Position numbers and translations under genes: made by a program. A stretch of DNA of 64,000 nt, from positions 90,458,001-90,522,000 of the forward strand of contig OX597818.1 of the NCBI GenBank assembly GCA_951406725.2. The letters run 5' to 3'. How positions within the stretch are numbered: position 1 is the first letter of the stretch; every line of letters begins with the position of its first letter. This stretch comes from Octopus vulgaris. Its lineage: Eukaryota. The notes under the pieces were generated by a model. It was not told the DNA's origin, searched no databases, and saw only the letters and a list, made by a program, of their open reading frames with translations. Positions 52,990-64,000 of this stretch are shown here, piece after piece.

Positions 52990-53445
52990 GAAAAAGGACA
53001 GCAAAAATCAAGGTGGAACGAGTATCTTAGGCCATTTACAGTATTCAATTAGAGTAAGGTAATTTAGAAGTAATTAAAGTCTTATAACAGTATCTGGGAT
53101 ATCCTAAGTGATGGGTCCACATCTCCATATATTGCGTATTCCGTCATCAGAGACAAGGTGCCTATGTAGGCAAATTCCAGACAGAGAATTCACAGTGTAT
53201 AAAAGAATAAGATAATATCTACTGTTTTATTCTTTTATACATTGTGAATTCTATCGGGAACTTGCTCTACATACGCACCTTGTCTCTGATGACGGAATAC
53301 CCAGTGTATGGAGGTGCGGACCCATCACCTAGAATATACCAGAAACAACTGCAAGACATTAATTACTTCTCATTCACCTTACTCTAATTAAATACTCCAA
53401 ATGACCTGAAATACTCGTTCTACCGTGGTTTTGTTGTCCATTTAA
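52990..53445. repeat. Diverged inverted repeat (arms about 220 bp), each arm with a decayed type I HHR
   Basis: Centre near 53218. Right arm GUCU CUGAUGA..GAAA CAACUG CA AGAC (53282-53357); left arm mirror at 53079-53154 has GAUA instead of GAAA. Confidence 0.8.
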
Positions 53446-54152
53446 CGTCTCCTCTCCTTCCCTCAGCCCCTTCCCCCTCCTCCTCTCTCCTCCCTCCTCT
53501 TCTCCTCTATCCTTCTCCATATTCACCCTCCCCCTCATCTCATCTCCCCCTCCACTCCACCCCCCTCATCGCATCTCACCCTCACCCCTCCTTCTTTCAT
53601 TCTCCCCCTCTTACCCTCCTCACTCTCACCTTTCCCCCTTCTCCCTACTCCCTCCTCTTCTCTTTTCTTTTCTCCTCTTCTTCCCCTTTCCCCTCTCTTC
53701 CTCCCTTCCTCCTTCCTTCCTTCCTCTCTTCCTCCTTCCTTCCTTCCTCTCTCCCCCTCTCTCCCCCTCATCTCTCCTCTCCTCTCTCCCCCCTTACCTC
53801 CACCTCCTCCTCCACCATCCCTCTCTCCCCCTTATCTCATCCCCCTCTCCCCCTCCTACTCCCCTCTCCCCCTCATCTCCTCTCTCTACACTACACCATA
53901 CGACATTACACATCACATCATACATACATACACACGTCCAGACCTCTCATATGCACTACATACTCTCTCATACACACACACACCCTTATGTTGGGGCGTG
54001 GTCATTTGACCCTGTTATCTCCCCTATTTTCGCTCTACGTCTCACGTTTGATCTTTGACTTCTGGCCGGAATCAGATCGCCATGTTGATTCGCTAGCTTC
54101 TGCACGCTTTTTTTTCTCTCCTTGTTTCTCTCCGTGTTTCTTTTCAGTGTAT

Positions 54153-54188
54153 CTTTCTGTTGAAGAGCGTAGGCTCGAAACGTAAAAG
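54153..54188 (+). ncRNA. Minimal type I hammerhead-like motif, A6U core variant
   Basis: CUUU CUGUUGA A GAGC guag GCUC GAAA CG UA AAAG. Confidence 0.6.
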
Positions 54189-54285
54189 ACTTGTTTTATT
54201 TATATTCCTGAGCGCCATACTAATACAATTGTTTGTTTGTATTCCACCTGCCTTCGTCTTTTGTTTATTTTCATAAAGCTTCCCG

Positions 54286-54320
<35 letters not shown>

Positions 54321-54404
54321 GGTATGTAGAAAAATACAACATGGACAAGAACGTATAACTCTTAGAAGACGATACAATAAACACGGACAGGACATTCGAA
54401 ACCC

Positions 54405-54467
54405 TCAGTCTTCAGTCAAGAACCGGATCATCGTAGTAATTTCGGCTGATTAATCTTGAGATTACTA
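54405..54467 (-). ncRNA. Non-nested hammerhead-like motif (family A, copy 4)
   Basis: Same sequence as 6307-6369. Confidence 0.7.
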
Positions 54468-55269
54468 GATCACGGCCAGCCCTCCAAGAAAAACTAAGCA
54501 ACGAGCATTAGAAAAACTAAGCTGGAAGCGTAGATTTCCTGGAAGAAGGATCGAATGCATACGAACACCAGGACAGCAAAAGGGACAGATATAAAAAAAA
54601 AAAAAAAACAATAATGGAATACAGAAACATGAAATACAGAAGCATTAACGGTGAAAACAACAAGTGTCTTACGACTGATAACAAGCAAACAAATTTTTTC
54701 TCTGGCGCATTGGAAGGAGCCTTTATAGCTGCGGACGAAAAACAACGATGTTAACGTGACGATGGTCAGAAGCTGAAAGGCAGATTTCAGCCAGCAGTCA
54801 CGTGACAGAGAAGAGAGAAAAGAAAAGAAAGAGAAGCAAAGGAAGAGAGAGAGAGAGAGGAGGGACAAACGCAACAAAGAGAGAGAAGAGAGAGAAAGAA
54901 GGAATCAGAGAGGAGAAGGGATGGGTGTCGAAGATTGACCTGTGAGTGCAGAGCGAGACAAAGAAATAGGAGGGTAGTGGAAGATTAGACCAAAGAATCA
55001 GAGGAAAGAGAAGAGAAAAAGAGGATGAGTAGAGAGAAAAGAGAGGAGAGAGAAGAGAGAGAGAAGGGGACAGATCAAGTAAAAATGAGAGAGAGAGAGA
55101 GACAAACAGAGAGTCGTACCAATTATTAAGAATATGTGCTCACATTAATGTTAAGAGGGTACGGGGCGCCTGGAATATATGTTAAGGTATGTAGAAAAAT
55201 ACAACATGGACAAGAACGTATAACTCTTAGAAGACGATACAATAAACACGGACAGGACATTCGAAACCC

Positions 55270-55332
55270 TCAGTCTTCAGTCAAGAACCGGATCATCGTA
55301 GTAATTTCGGCTGATTAATCTTGAGATTACTA
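55270..55332 (-). ncRNA. Non-nested hammerhead-like motif (family A, copy 5)
   Basis: Same sequence as 6307-6369. Confidence 0.7.
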
Positions 55333-55656
55333 GATCACGGCCAGCCCTCCAAGAAAAACTAAGCAACGAGCATTAGAAAAACTAAGCTGGAAGCGTAGAT
55401 TTCCTGGAAGAAGGATCGAATGCATACGAACACCAGGATAGCAAAAGGGACAGATATAAAAAAAAAAAAAAAACAATAATGGAATACAGAAACATAAACT
55501 TGTTAACAGATGAGATCCAGAGATTCTCAGTATAGAAAGCAGTTAGTGGCACTCAAATGATTCAAACAAGAGAAAGCAAATATATATTTCTTTCACTATC
55601 CAACCCCAGTGATCATCAATATATGTATATGAGTATATAATAATAATAATAATAAC

Positions 55657-55706
<50 letters not shown>

Positions 55707-55779
55707 TAATAATCAGTCTATCTCCGTCCTCAACCATCATACACACACAAAAAAAAAGAAAAAGAAATTAAATAATGCC

Positions 55780-57690
55780 TGTATTGTTCAACCTAAGGAT
55801 AACAAACGGAAACTACGTAATTTAAACTTGATACACAAGATGTAGGAAAAACAACACGGACTATTTAACATCAGAAATGAACGGACCAGTACCCTACGAA
55901 AATGATGACCATGAAAATTAAGGGCCGGACGTTATTCCTCATGTCCCGCAAATAAAATCAAAACAGTATATAAATGGACACGTGAGGAATATATTTCAAA
56001 TCTACACGCTCATTTTACAGCAGTGCTCTACCCAAAGAACAAAAATTCAACAACAGCAAAAAGAAGAAGGGTTTAAGTATGGCCTGGATCGATTACCGAA
56101 AGGCTTTTGATAGTATTCCCCAAACATGGATCCTAGAAAAACTAGCCATGAAGAAACAAGGTGGCATCAATAATCATAAAATATATAAAACATTTCATGA
56201 ATAAATGGCAGACAGTGCTACAGCTCCAGACAAAAGAGGGATTCATAAAAGCCAAAGCCATCCCCATTAAAAGAGGTATATTCCAGGGAGACACGCGCTC
56301 TCTCCTCCTTTTCTGCTTGGCACTGACATCTTTATCTGACATGCTAAACAGAACTGGATGTGGATACAACTGTTACGGCAAAACAATCAGCCATCTCTTG
56401 CATGTGGATGATATAAAACTGTACGCTACAAATGATAAACAGCTGAAAACATTATTACAGACAGTACATAGATTTATCAGAGAAATATACATGAAATTTG
56501 GCTTATTGGCTTAGAAAAATGTGCCAAAGCAATCTTGAAAAACGGAAACTAGATAAAGCATATAAAATAAGAGAATTAGACCAAAGCTAGACATACAAAT
56601 ACTTAGGAGCACAAGATCAAACCTTCCCGCCAGAAATCAACAGATCACGTAATAAAAAGAAATGCAAGTAACTAGATACGATACAACACACACAAATGAA
56701 ACAGGTTAAAAAAGGAATGCTAACGACGAGTCAGATTAATATTGAAAATAGAGTTCAATATGGAAAACAAGATAATAAGTATCAAAACTCTAGCCGTCCC
56801 AGTTACAAGTTGCAGCTACTATATTCTTAACTGGACTCTAAATGAGGTAATCAAAATAGACAGGAAAACAAGAAAAATAATGACATGATTTAGAATGCAC
56901 CACTCAAAATCTGACATAGAACAGTTATATATACAATGTATCGAAGGTGGCAGAAGCCTTATACAGCTAGAAAACTATTACAAAATAACCACCATAGGAC
57001 TACAGAAATCCTACTTCAGAAGTAAGGAAAACTGATACAAATAAGATGAAAAAAACACAAAACAAACACACTGTTTTCAGTCTTTAAGGAAGCTGACAAA
57101 TACAAAAAAGAAATCATAGTACCTAACAACTAGGGAAAAAAAAGAAACAAAATATGATGTAAAACAATTAAAATTAAAATTAAAACTGGAACAGCAACAG
57201 ATCATGACAAAACGATGGTAAGAAAAGCCCCTACATGGCAAATATTCGGTTAAGTTAAACAGAAATGAAATAGACAAGGCAAAATCCCAACAATGGCTGG
57301 GAAGCTCAGGACTCAAAGCAGAGACTAAAGGTTTTTGAAATGCAGCACAAGATCAAGTCTTTAGGCTTTGTGCCTTCAGTAGAAAGGATTCTACCTGAAA
57401 TCACCAAATCACGTAATGAAAAGAAATACAAGTAACTCCAGTATATGTGGTGATTGAGAAGAAACAATAAATCACATTGTCTCTGACTGCCCAGTCCTGC
57501 TAAAAAGGAATATATTCACAGGCACGGCAGAGTTGGGACCTATATACACTGGAAATTATGCCAAACACAAGTGAATAACAACAGAGAAAAGATGGTTTAG
57601 GCACTCGACAGCAAAGGTCAAAGAACATGAAAAACCAACCATACTCTGGGATATGCCAGTACACACAGATAGAGAAACATAAACAATCTT
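55780..57690 (+). mobile_element. R4/Dong-clade LINE, decayed RT, CCHC region and RLE start
   Basis: MAWIDYRKAFDSIP, IKRGIFQGD.., ISHLL.VDDIKLYA, S..WL.S.GL..ET.G, AAQDQ, ETINHIVS.CPVLA, ILWDMP. Confidence 0.88.
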
Positions 57691-59065
57691 GCTCGGACTT
57701 GTGTCTTGGAAAGGAACTTTCTAGGTGTAATCCCATGGTCATTCATGACCGAAGGGGGTCCTTTTACGGGAATAACGAGGAGAATATTCAAAAGATATGA
57801 GTGGGAGTTATTGGTTTCTCACAAATTTAGCCCTAGTGATGTAGTACTGAATGAATGCTTTTGTTGCTTTTCAGTGTTATGCGTGGTTCGTGTTGACATT
57901 AATGATTTCTTTTAAAAAGCTACGTTCAGTATAAAGTGTTATTGCCCCAAAATGACTGCTGGGTTTGTGCAAACGGAAATCTATTTCCAAAATCTCAATT
58001 CTGAAAGGAAATACCTCCTTTCAAGATAAGTTATTCATTTTGTTAAATAGCATACTTCACTTCTTTTTTAACTTCTACATCACAAGAAATATTCATATCT
58101 ATCTTACTAATAACAATATGAGTTACTTGCGTCATTATTGCGGCTAAATATCTTACCATTCTTTTTATCCACTTATAGTATACTTAGTTCAGTTATTTCC
58201 TATCTATCGCACACAAAACATTATCTTTGGTGGTCCACATACTTAAAACATTCAACTCCTTTGCTCACACTTCAGAAAATGTCCTCTCACGCAGACCCAT
58301 TCAACGATACATTTCCTCTTTTCTGCCCACAGGCTTACAACCTTCGCGCCAAGTCCTAACACAAAGCACGATCGAAAGTAATAGTCTCTTCTTTAAAATA
58401 GATTCAACTCATTACACTCCATCGTATTGTTAGTCATATTTTTATTGCTCGTTCCTGGAAAATTTTCACACTTTAGTATTAAGGAAGGGCTGGAATAGTA
58501 TTTTGGATGCACGGAAGGACTGTGTTTGTCTTGTACATATAAGTGGGTGCAAGAACTTTGAAAACCTTCTCAGAAGCTTCTAGCTATCTGGCAGGTATCG
58601 ATTGGATCTCCCTGAGGTGCCAGTGTGGACACGGAGCAACCACAATGGCTCATCCAGATCGTATCCAGGTGAGAATGAGATCGATAAAGCCGTTTTTGTC
58701 CTGCTTTTCTTCCGTCAACCTGTACATAACTGTACCTTCCATTTTTGTTATTTTTGTACTGGTTAAAGGCACGTTTCTTTCCTGCCAAGCTTAATGTTTA
58801 AACCATGTTTGTGTTCCCCCAGTCAACAGTCTTATCATTACTGGTACTTTAAACTCTTCGGTTGCATATTTGTGTGATATAAAATCGTTTTTCTTTGGAA
58901 TAGAAAAAAGTCTATCTTTATTTCTTCTTTTGCTGGTGTCTCAAATTTAGATTAAATCAGTGTTTCTCAAAGGGGAGGCCTATGGAACGGTCGGACAAGT
59001 CGTTTTGAGAAAATTTTGATTTAAATGTTTGACAACTTAGCACCGTCCATTGGGGCGTTTTGCTC

Positions 59066-59137
<72 letters not shown>

Positions 59138-60019
59138 TGGGGAGAGATTCTTGTGTGGTGTGTATGTGTATATGTGTGTATGCAAGCGTGTATGCGTGTT
59201 GTATGTGTGTATGATTGCGAGTGGTATGACCAGGCATTACGTTAAATAAAAAATACAAAGCAGATATTCTGAAGTTTTTTAAAACTTGCGTGATAAGCAA
59301 TTTGAAGTGGAAAAAATCTATTCGAGTGGAACAGAAATTAACAATGCCTCAAATAATATACAAAACGCACATACTCTATTATTCATACACACCGTATAAT
59401 ACGGCTTAAACATGTGTTACATTTAAGAGTGAACATATGGACTCAGTATTGTTGTGTTAACTTGTTCAATATTTTATAGATTCAAATTTAGGTTTCTCTG
59501 AATTATTTACTTCGTACATTAGTCACTAGTTCGTGTTGGAAATCATCTGTTTGACTGCCAAGCTGCCTCATTGTATGATAGTATGTTTAACCTTTATTTA
59601 TAGCCCAGATCATATTTTAATACCTCTAGTAACTACTTGGCAATAGCAAGGAGACTATCTATAGCCTCTACAATTTTAGGCACACCACAAAGGGTGAACG
59701 CGACGTGCTAGCTGAATCTTTAGCGCGTCGGATAAAATACTTAGCAGGATTTCTTACAAATATTTACGTTCTGAGTTCGAATCCCGTCATGGTCAACATT
59801 ATCTTTACTCCCTTCGGTTTCGATAAATAAAAAAAATTAACTGTCAAGAATGTGGTCGATGCAATCGATTTTTCCTCTTTCCTTAAGGTTTCTAACCTTG
59901 AACTCTGCAATCGATCTACATACCATTCAGGAAGAATATTGTAATATTATACGCCATGGAAACCGGGTAACAGGATTTATCAGCTTAATCCATTCTTCTT
60001 CTTCTTGTCACTCCTTTCA

Positions 60020-60313
60020 AGCCTAGCGAGGCTCATAGGCCCGGTTTCCCGGTTTCTGTGGCGTATGTATTCCCCCCAGCTGGACGGGACGCCAGTCCAT
60101 CGCAGCGTTACTCAAGAAACAGGAAGAGAGAGTGAGAGAAAGTTGGGGGCGAAAGAGTACAACAGGGGTCGCCACTAACCCCCTGCCGGAGCCTCGTGGA
60201 GCTTTTAGGTGTTTTTGCTCTATAAACACGCACAACGCCTGGTTTGGGGATCGAAGCCGCAATCCTCCGACCGCGAGTCCACTGCCCTAACTACTGGGCC
60301 ATTGCGCCTCCAC
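60020..60313 (-). mobile_element. SINE S2 variant
   Basis: Minus strand GGAGGCGCAATGGCCCAGTAGTTAGG head; tail shared with 46625-46872. Confidence 0.85.
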
Positions 60314-60591
60314 TTAGTCCATTCTAGCCAATACTAACTGGATTATCTCACTAGATATTCAAGTGAAACTGGGGCTTACGTGTTTGATGCTGTTAAAGTT
60401 CCTATGAATTTTGTGCTGCCGCTCCTTGTCTTTTAAAGTAGTTCACCCTATTATCAATTACATATTCTTCCAGCGTTTGTTGAGCAACACATGTGCGATT
60501 GAATCATATGTCTTCTCGTAATCTATCGAAATACGTAACAGTGACTGGAAGAACAAAAATTCCTTACTTTCTTCAGCTATTTTCCTTTCTT

Positions 60592-61235
60592 TTCTGCTCT
60601 AGGCACAAAGCCTGAAATTTTGGGGGATGGGGCCAGTCGATTAGATCGATCCCAGTATGAAACTGGTACTTAATTTATCAATCTTGAAAGGATGAAAGAC
60701 AAAGTCCACCTCGGCGGATTTTGAACTCAGAACGTCAAGACAAACGAAATGCCTATTTCTTTACTATCCACAAGGGGCTAAACACAGAGGGAAAAAACAA
60801 CGACAGACAAACGGATTAAGTCGATTACATCGACCCCAGTGCGTAACTGGTACTTAATTTATCGATCCCGAAAGGATGAAAGGCAAAGTCGACCTCAGTC
60901 GAATTTGAACTCAGAAAGTAAAGACAGACGAAACATCGCTAAGCATTTCGCCCGGCGTGCTAACGATTCCGCCAACTCGCCGCCTTTATTTTGTGCCAAT
61001 AAACTTTTCTACTCTAAGCACAAGCCCTGAAATTTTGGGGGAGGAGTCCAGTCGATTAGATCGATACCCAGTACGTAACTGGTATTTGATTTATCGACTC
61101 CGAAAGGATGAAAGGCAAAGTCGACCTCGGCGGAATTTGAACTCAGAACATCAAGACAAACGAAATGCCTATTTCTTTACTATCCACAAGGGGCTAAACA
61201 CAGAGGGGAAAAACAACGACAGACAAACGGATTAA
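60592..61235 (-). mobile_element. Cluster of SINE S3 modules
   Basis: GGATGAAAGGCAAAGTCGACCTCGGCGGAATTTGAACTCAGAAC occurs three times. Confidence 0.88.
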
Positions 61236-61910
61236 GCTGAACCCTAATTATAATTATGCTTATAATTATAAAATTTTTGTATGATGTTGCCGATAAAGGT
61301 TATTTTAACATACCGAACTACTTGGTAAAATTATCAGTTATTAATTAATTAATTAATTTTACCCTTTATGGTTATTGAAAATATAATTCACTCCCTGATG
61401 GTAAACTGAGGTTTCTGCTTGATTACTCGTAGCACACGTGGGTAATTGGGGAAGAATGCGAGTCCTCACTCGTCTGTATAAATTCGGAGGTGCTGGTTTG
61501 GGGATATTAGTTATTCGATGTCGCTTGGTCGAATACGTATTTAATTATTAGCACTCTCAAATTTACAATTGAAATACTACACTGAAGAAGGAAATAAGTG
61601 AGTAAAAATAAAAATTTTACATCTCTTTAATCCAGAAACGCGTATGTGGTTAATCAAAGCCGGGCAGATTCGTTATTTTTTCTCTTTATCTACGTAAAAA
61701 AGAGTATTGCTGTCTGGGAGATATCTTATGGTAGAGGAATAGTATTTAACTGCTATTTCTAAATTTCGGTATGTGGTAAAGCAATTTGCTGAACCCTAAT
61801 TATAATTATGCTAATAATTATAGAAATTTTTATAAGGTTACTGATAAAGGTTATTTTAACATACCAAACTACTTGGTAAAATTATTAATTATTAATTATT
61901 AATTAATTTA
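61236..61910 (+). mobile_element. Non-coding element with terminal direct repeats of about 120 bp and a type I HHR (pLTR/retrozyme-like)
   Basis: GCTGAACCCTAATTATAATTATGC...TTAATTAATTT at about 61237 and 61789 (period about 552 bp). Confidence 0.75.
61579..61647 (+). ncRNA. Type I hammerhead with long stem II
   Basis: ACA CUGAAGA a GGA...UCC a GAAA CGCG UA UGU. Confidence 0.65.
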
Positions 61911-62023
61911 TATATATGAATATATAGTCATCAAACAAGAAGCAAGGAAAAAAAAACAACGCAAGGACGTGGACAAGTACTGTGTTATTGCACGCTCAGA
62001 AAAGGAAAATAAAATAAAGAGGA

Positions 62024-62056
62024 TTTCACGTTTCGAGCGGAGCTCTTCATCAGAAA
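62024..62056 (-). ncRNA. Minimal type I hammerhead, probably inactive (G17)
   Basis: Minus strand: UUU CUGAUGA A GAGC ucc GCUC GAAA CG UG AAA. Confidence 0.55.
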
Positions 62057-63419
62057 AAGTCCAAAGAAGGGAAGACGGAGGAAGAAAATCGCCAACAATA
62101 CACACGAGGTCATGAGTGTATGTGTATATCTGTTTGTATGCATGTATGTACACAGGATAATAGAATAAGGAGAGAAAGAAAAGGGGAGAGAACGTCTTTA
62201 TTATCACCTACATTTCTTCCTTCTTTGATGGGTGGAAAAACAAATACCAGTAATACAAGGTAATATATTTATTTGATTAAATGTTTTACCATGAGAAAAA
62301 AAGGGTATCTGTTATAGAGTCGCCCGCGTGGTTATACAAAAAGAGAAGACAGGATCAGCATCCACATCCAGCAAATAAAGAACATGCAGTTATCATAAAT
62401 CAGTATATGTATACCCGTATACATGTGCGTTTGAGTCTGTGTCTGTATGTGTATGCGTTTGTGTGTGACACTTTCCCAGTCGTCATACTTGAGGAATGTT
62501 GTTTTCCACTTTACTGTTACATGTTGAAAGATCACATTCCGCTTACTATTTATTCATAACTCTAACTTCAAAACACGCATGAATAAATGCATTTAATATT
62601 CCCACTCATAGCAAACAAATATCTCTTTTAATTTGAACAATTAAGAAACACTGTGATATAAACTCAGCATTTTAGAATAACCTATTTCAAGAAAGCTATT
62701 AATTACCTTCTTATCGTAAATCTTGACAGATTTACATCAGAGTATCATGTATTATATCTTTAAAAATAATTCGGGACAATAATGCTAAACACATAATACA
62801 GGTTTCTATCAAATACCAAACAAAAGAGCTGTCTTTATCGCCTGTATTTTATGGATTTGACTTTCTGTTAACTTTAATGCGGAGGAGGGTATAAAAGCAT
62901 GTGTAAGAGTTTGAAGAGATCGTTCTGGTCTTCTAACTTTATACCTGTCTGTCCTTCAGTTTCTCTGTCTCTCTGTCTGTTTTTCTCTCTGTCTGTCTGT
63001 CAGTCTCTCTCTCTTTCTCTCTTTCACACAAATATACACACACACACACACGCACGCGCGCGCGCACACACACACACACATTCTCTGTCATTCAGTCAGT
63101 CTCTTAATTAGTCAGTCAGTCTGTCTGTCTGTCACCCAGCCCCACTGTTTTTGTCTTATTCCTTTCTCTGAATACTTCTATATTATTTTGTTGAAATTTA
63201 TTCACCATTGTCTCTATGGTCGCATTTATCTCCTTTTATCTCTGGAACACATTACTGCCACTCCATCACCGCCTTGGTATCAACCCTACAAAGCTACCAC
63301 AACAGGGAGAACCACAATAAAGTTACTCTGTTATCACCACGCTGCCACCACCACTATACTGTTATTACAACGTTTATCAACCAGGAGCCCCCTCCCCCTG
63401 TGCCCAAGGATCGACTTAC

Positions 63420-63760
63420 TAAGTTTCTTTCGTATTGTGCTACATGCATACAATCAGCCAGGTTCTTGGTTCCAGTCAATTCTTTGACGGCGTCAATTGA
63501 CAAACGTGTTTCGAGCGCCTCTTCGCTTTCACAATTCCTGTCAGGATGGTTTTCAGCAGTAACATCTGATACACAGTATATCCAAAATATAACAGCTCCA
63601 TGGACTTGATTCTCGACAAAATGTGTCCTTTGACTTTCAGCTGTTTTAGTGTTGCCGTTGTAACAGAAGCTGTAATTGTAATTTGGGCGTCGAGTACTAG
63701 ACTAATGAAATATAACCCACTAGATTCTAGCAATGAAGAAAAGAACTCATAACTTGTTTT
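63420..63760 (-). mobile_element. RTE-clade LINE C-terminal fragment
   Basis: ILSRIKS..L.YFG......LLKTILTG.V..KR... resembles the conserved RTE ORF tail. Confidence 0.7.
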
Positions 63761-64000
63761 ACTTGGATAAGTATTATAACAACCAGCTGTATCTTAGACA
63801 AAAACCTGGGCGGGAACGCACACATGGAAGAGAGACTGGCTTTTGCAGGATAATGCCAGGTTAAACGCCATGTTCATTTGCCAAAACGTTCAGGTGCTGA
63901 AACGTTAAGTGGCTAAAAAGTTTTTGGTCGTCTTATTCCCTAATATCTGCAACATTTGTTACTCTGTTTTTCCAGCTCATACTGCTCAACCTGCAAGAGA

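Larger units (their letters stand above)
54317..55495 (-). mobile_element. Second head-to-tail array (about 1.35 units of 865 bp) of HHR family A
   Basis: Highly similar to 6219-8188, with the same terminal junction to (TA)n. Confidence 0.9.

Noticed and set aside
53446-53890. Long C/T tract giving a Gly/Arg/Glu ORF
   Set aside because: Low-complexity polypyrimidine sequence. It may form triplex or G4 structures, but there is no coding evidence.

Overview
AT-rich, microsatellite-dense eukaryotic DNA with no intact host gene. The (TA)n/(CA)n/(GA)n/(ATT)n tracts, three tRNA-derived SINE families, RTE and R4/Dong LINE relics, and mariner/Tc1/hAT/Helitron relics suggest a coleoid cephalopod such as Octopus (inferred from repeat content). 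Nearly all ORFs in the supplied track are microsatellite artefacts; the only real coding remnants are decayed transposon ORFs. The main hidden signal is RNA structure. Many short non-coding elements inserted in (TA)n tracts carry hammerhead ribozyme (HHR) motifs, as expected for Penelope-like element pLTRs or retrozymes. About 15 are ordinary or degenerate type I motifs. Two sequence-distinct families (5 full copies in about 860-bp tandem arrays, plus dispersed copies at 10.4, 35.8 and 41.8 kb) contain all three HHR strands with complementary, co-varying stems in a non-nested order: NUH strand, GAAA strand, CUGANGA strand. This is not a circular permutation (types I-III) and implies a pseudoknotted or dimer-assembled hammerhead. 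All folds were assigned by eye and activity is untested.
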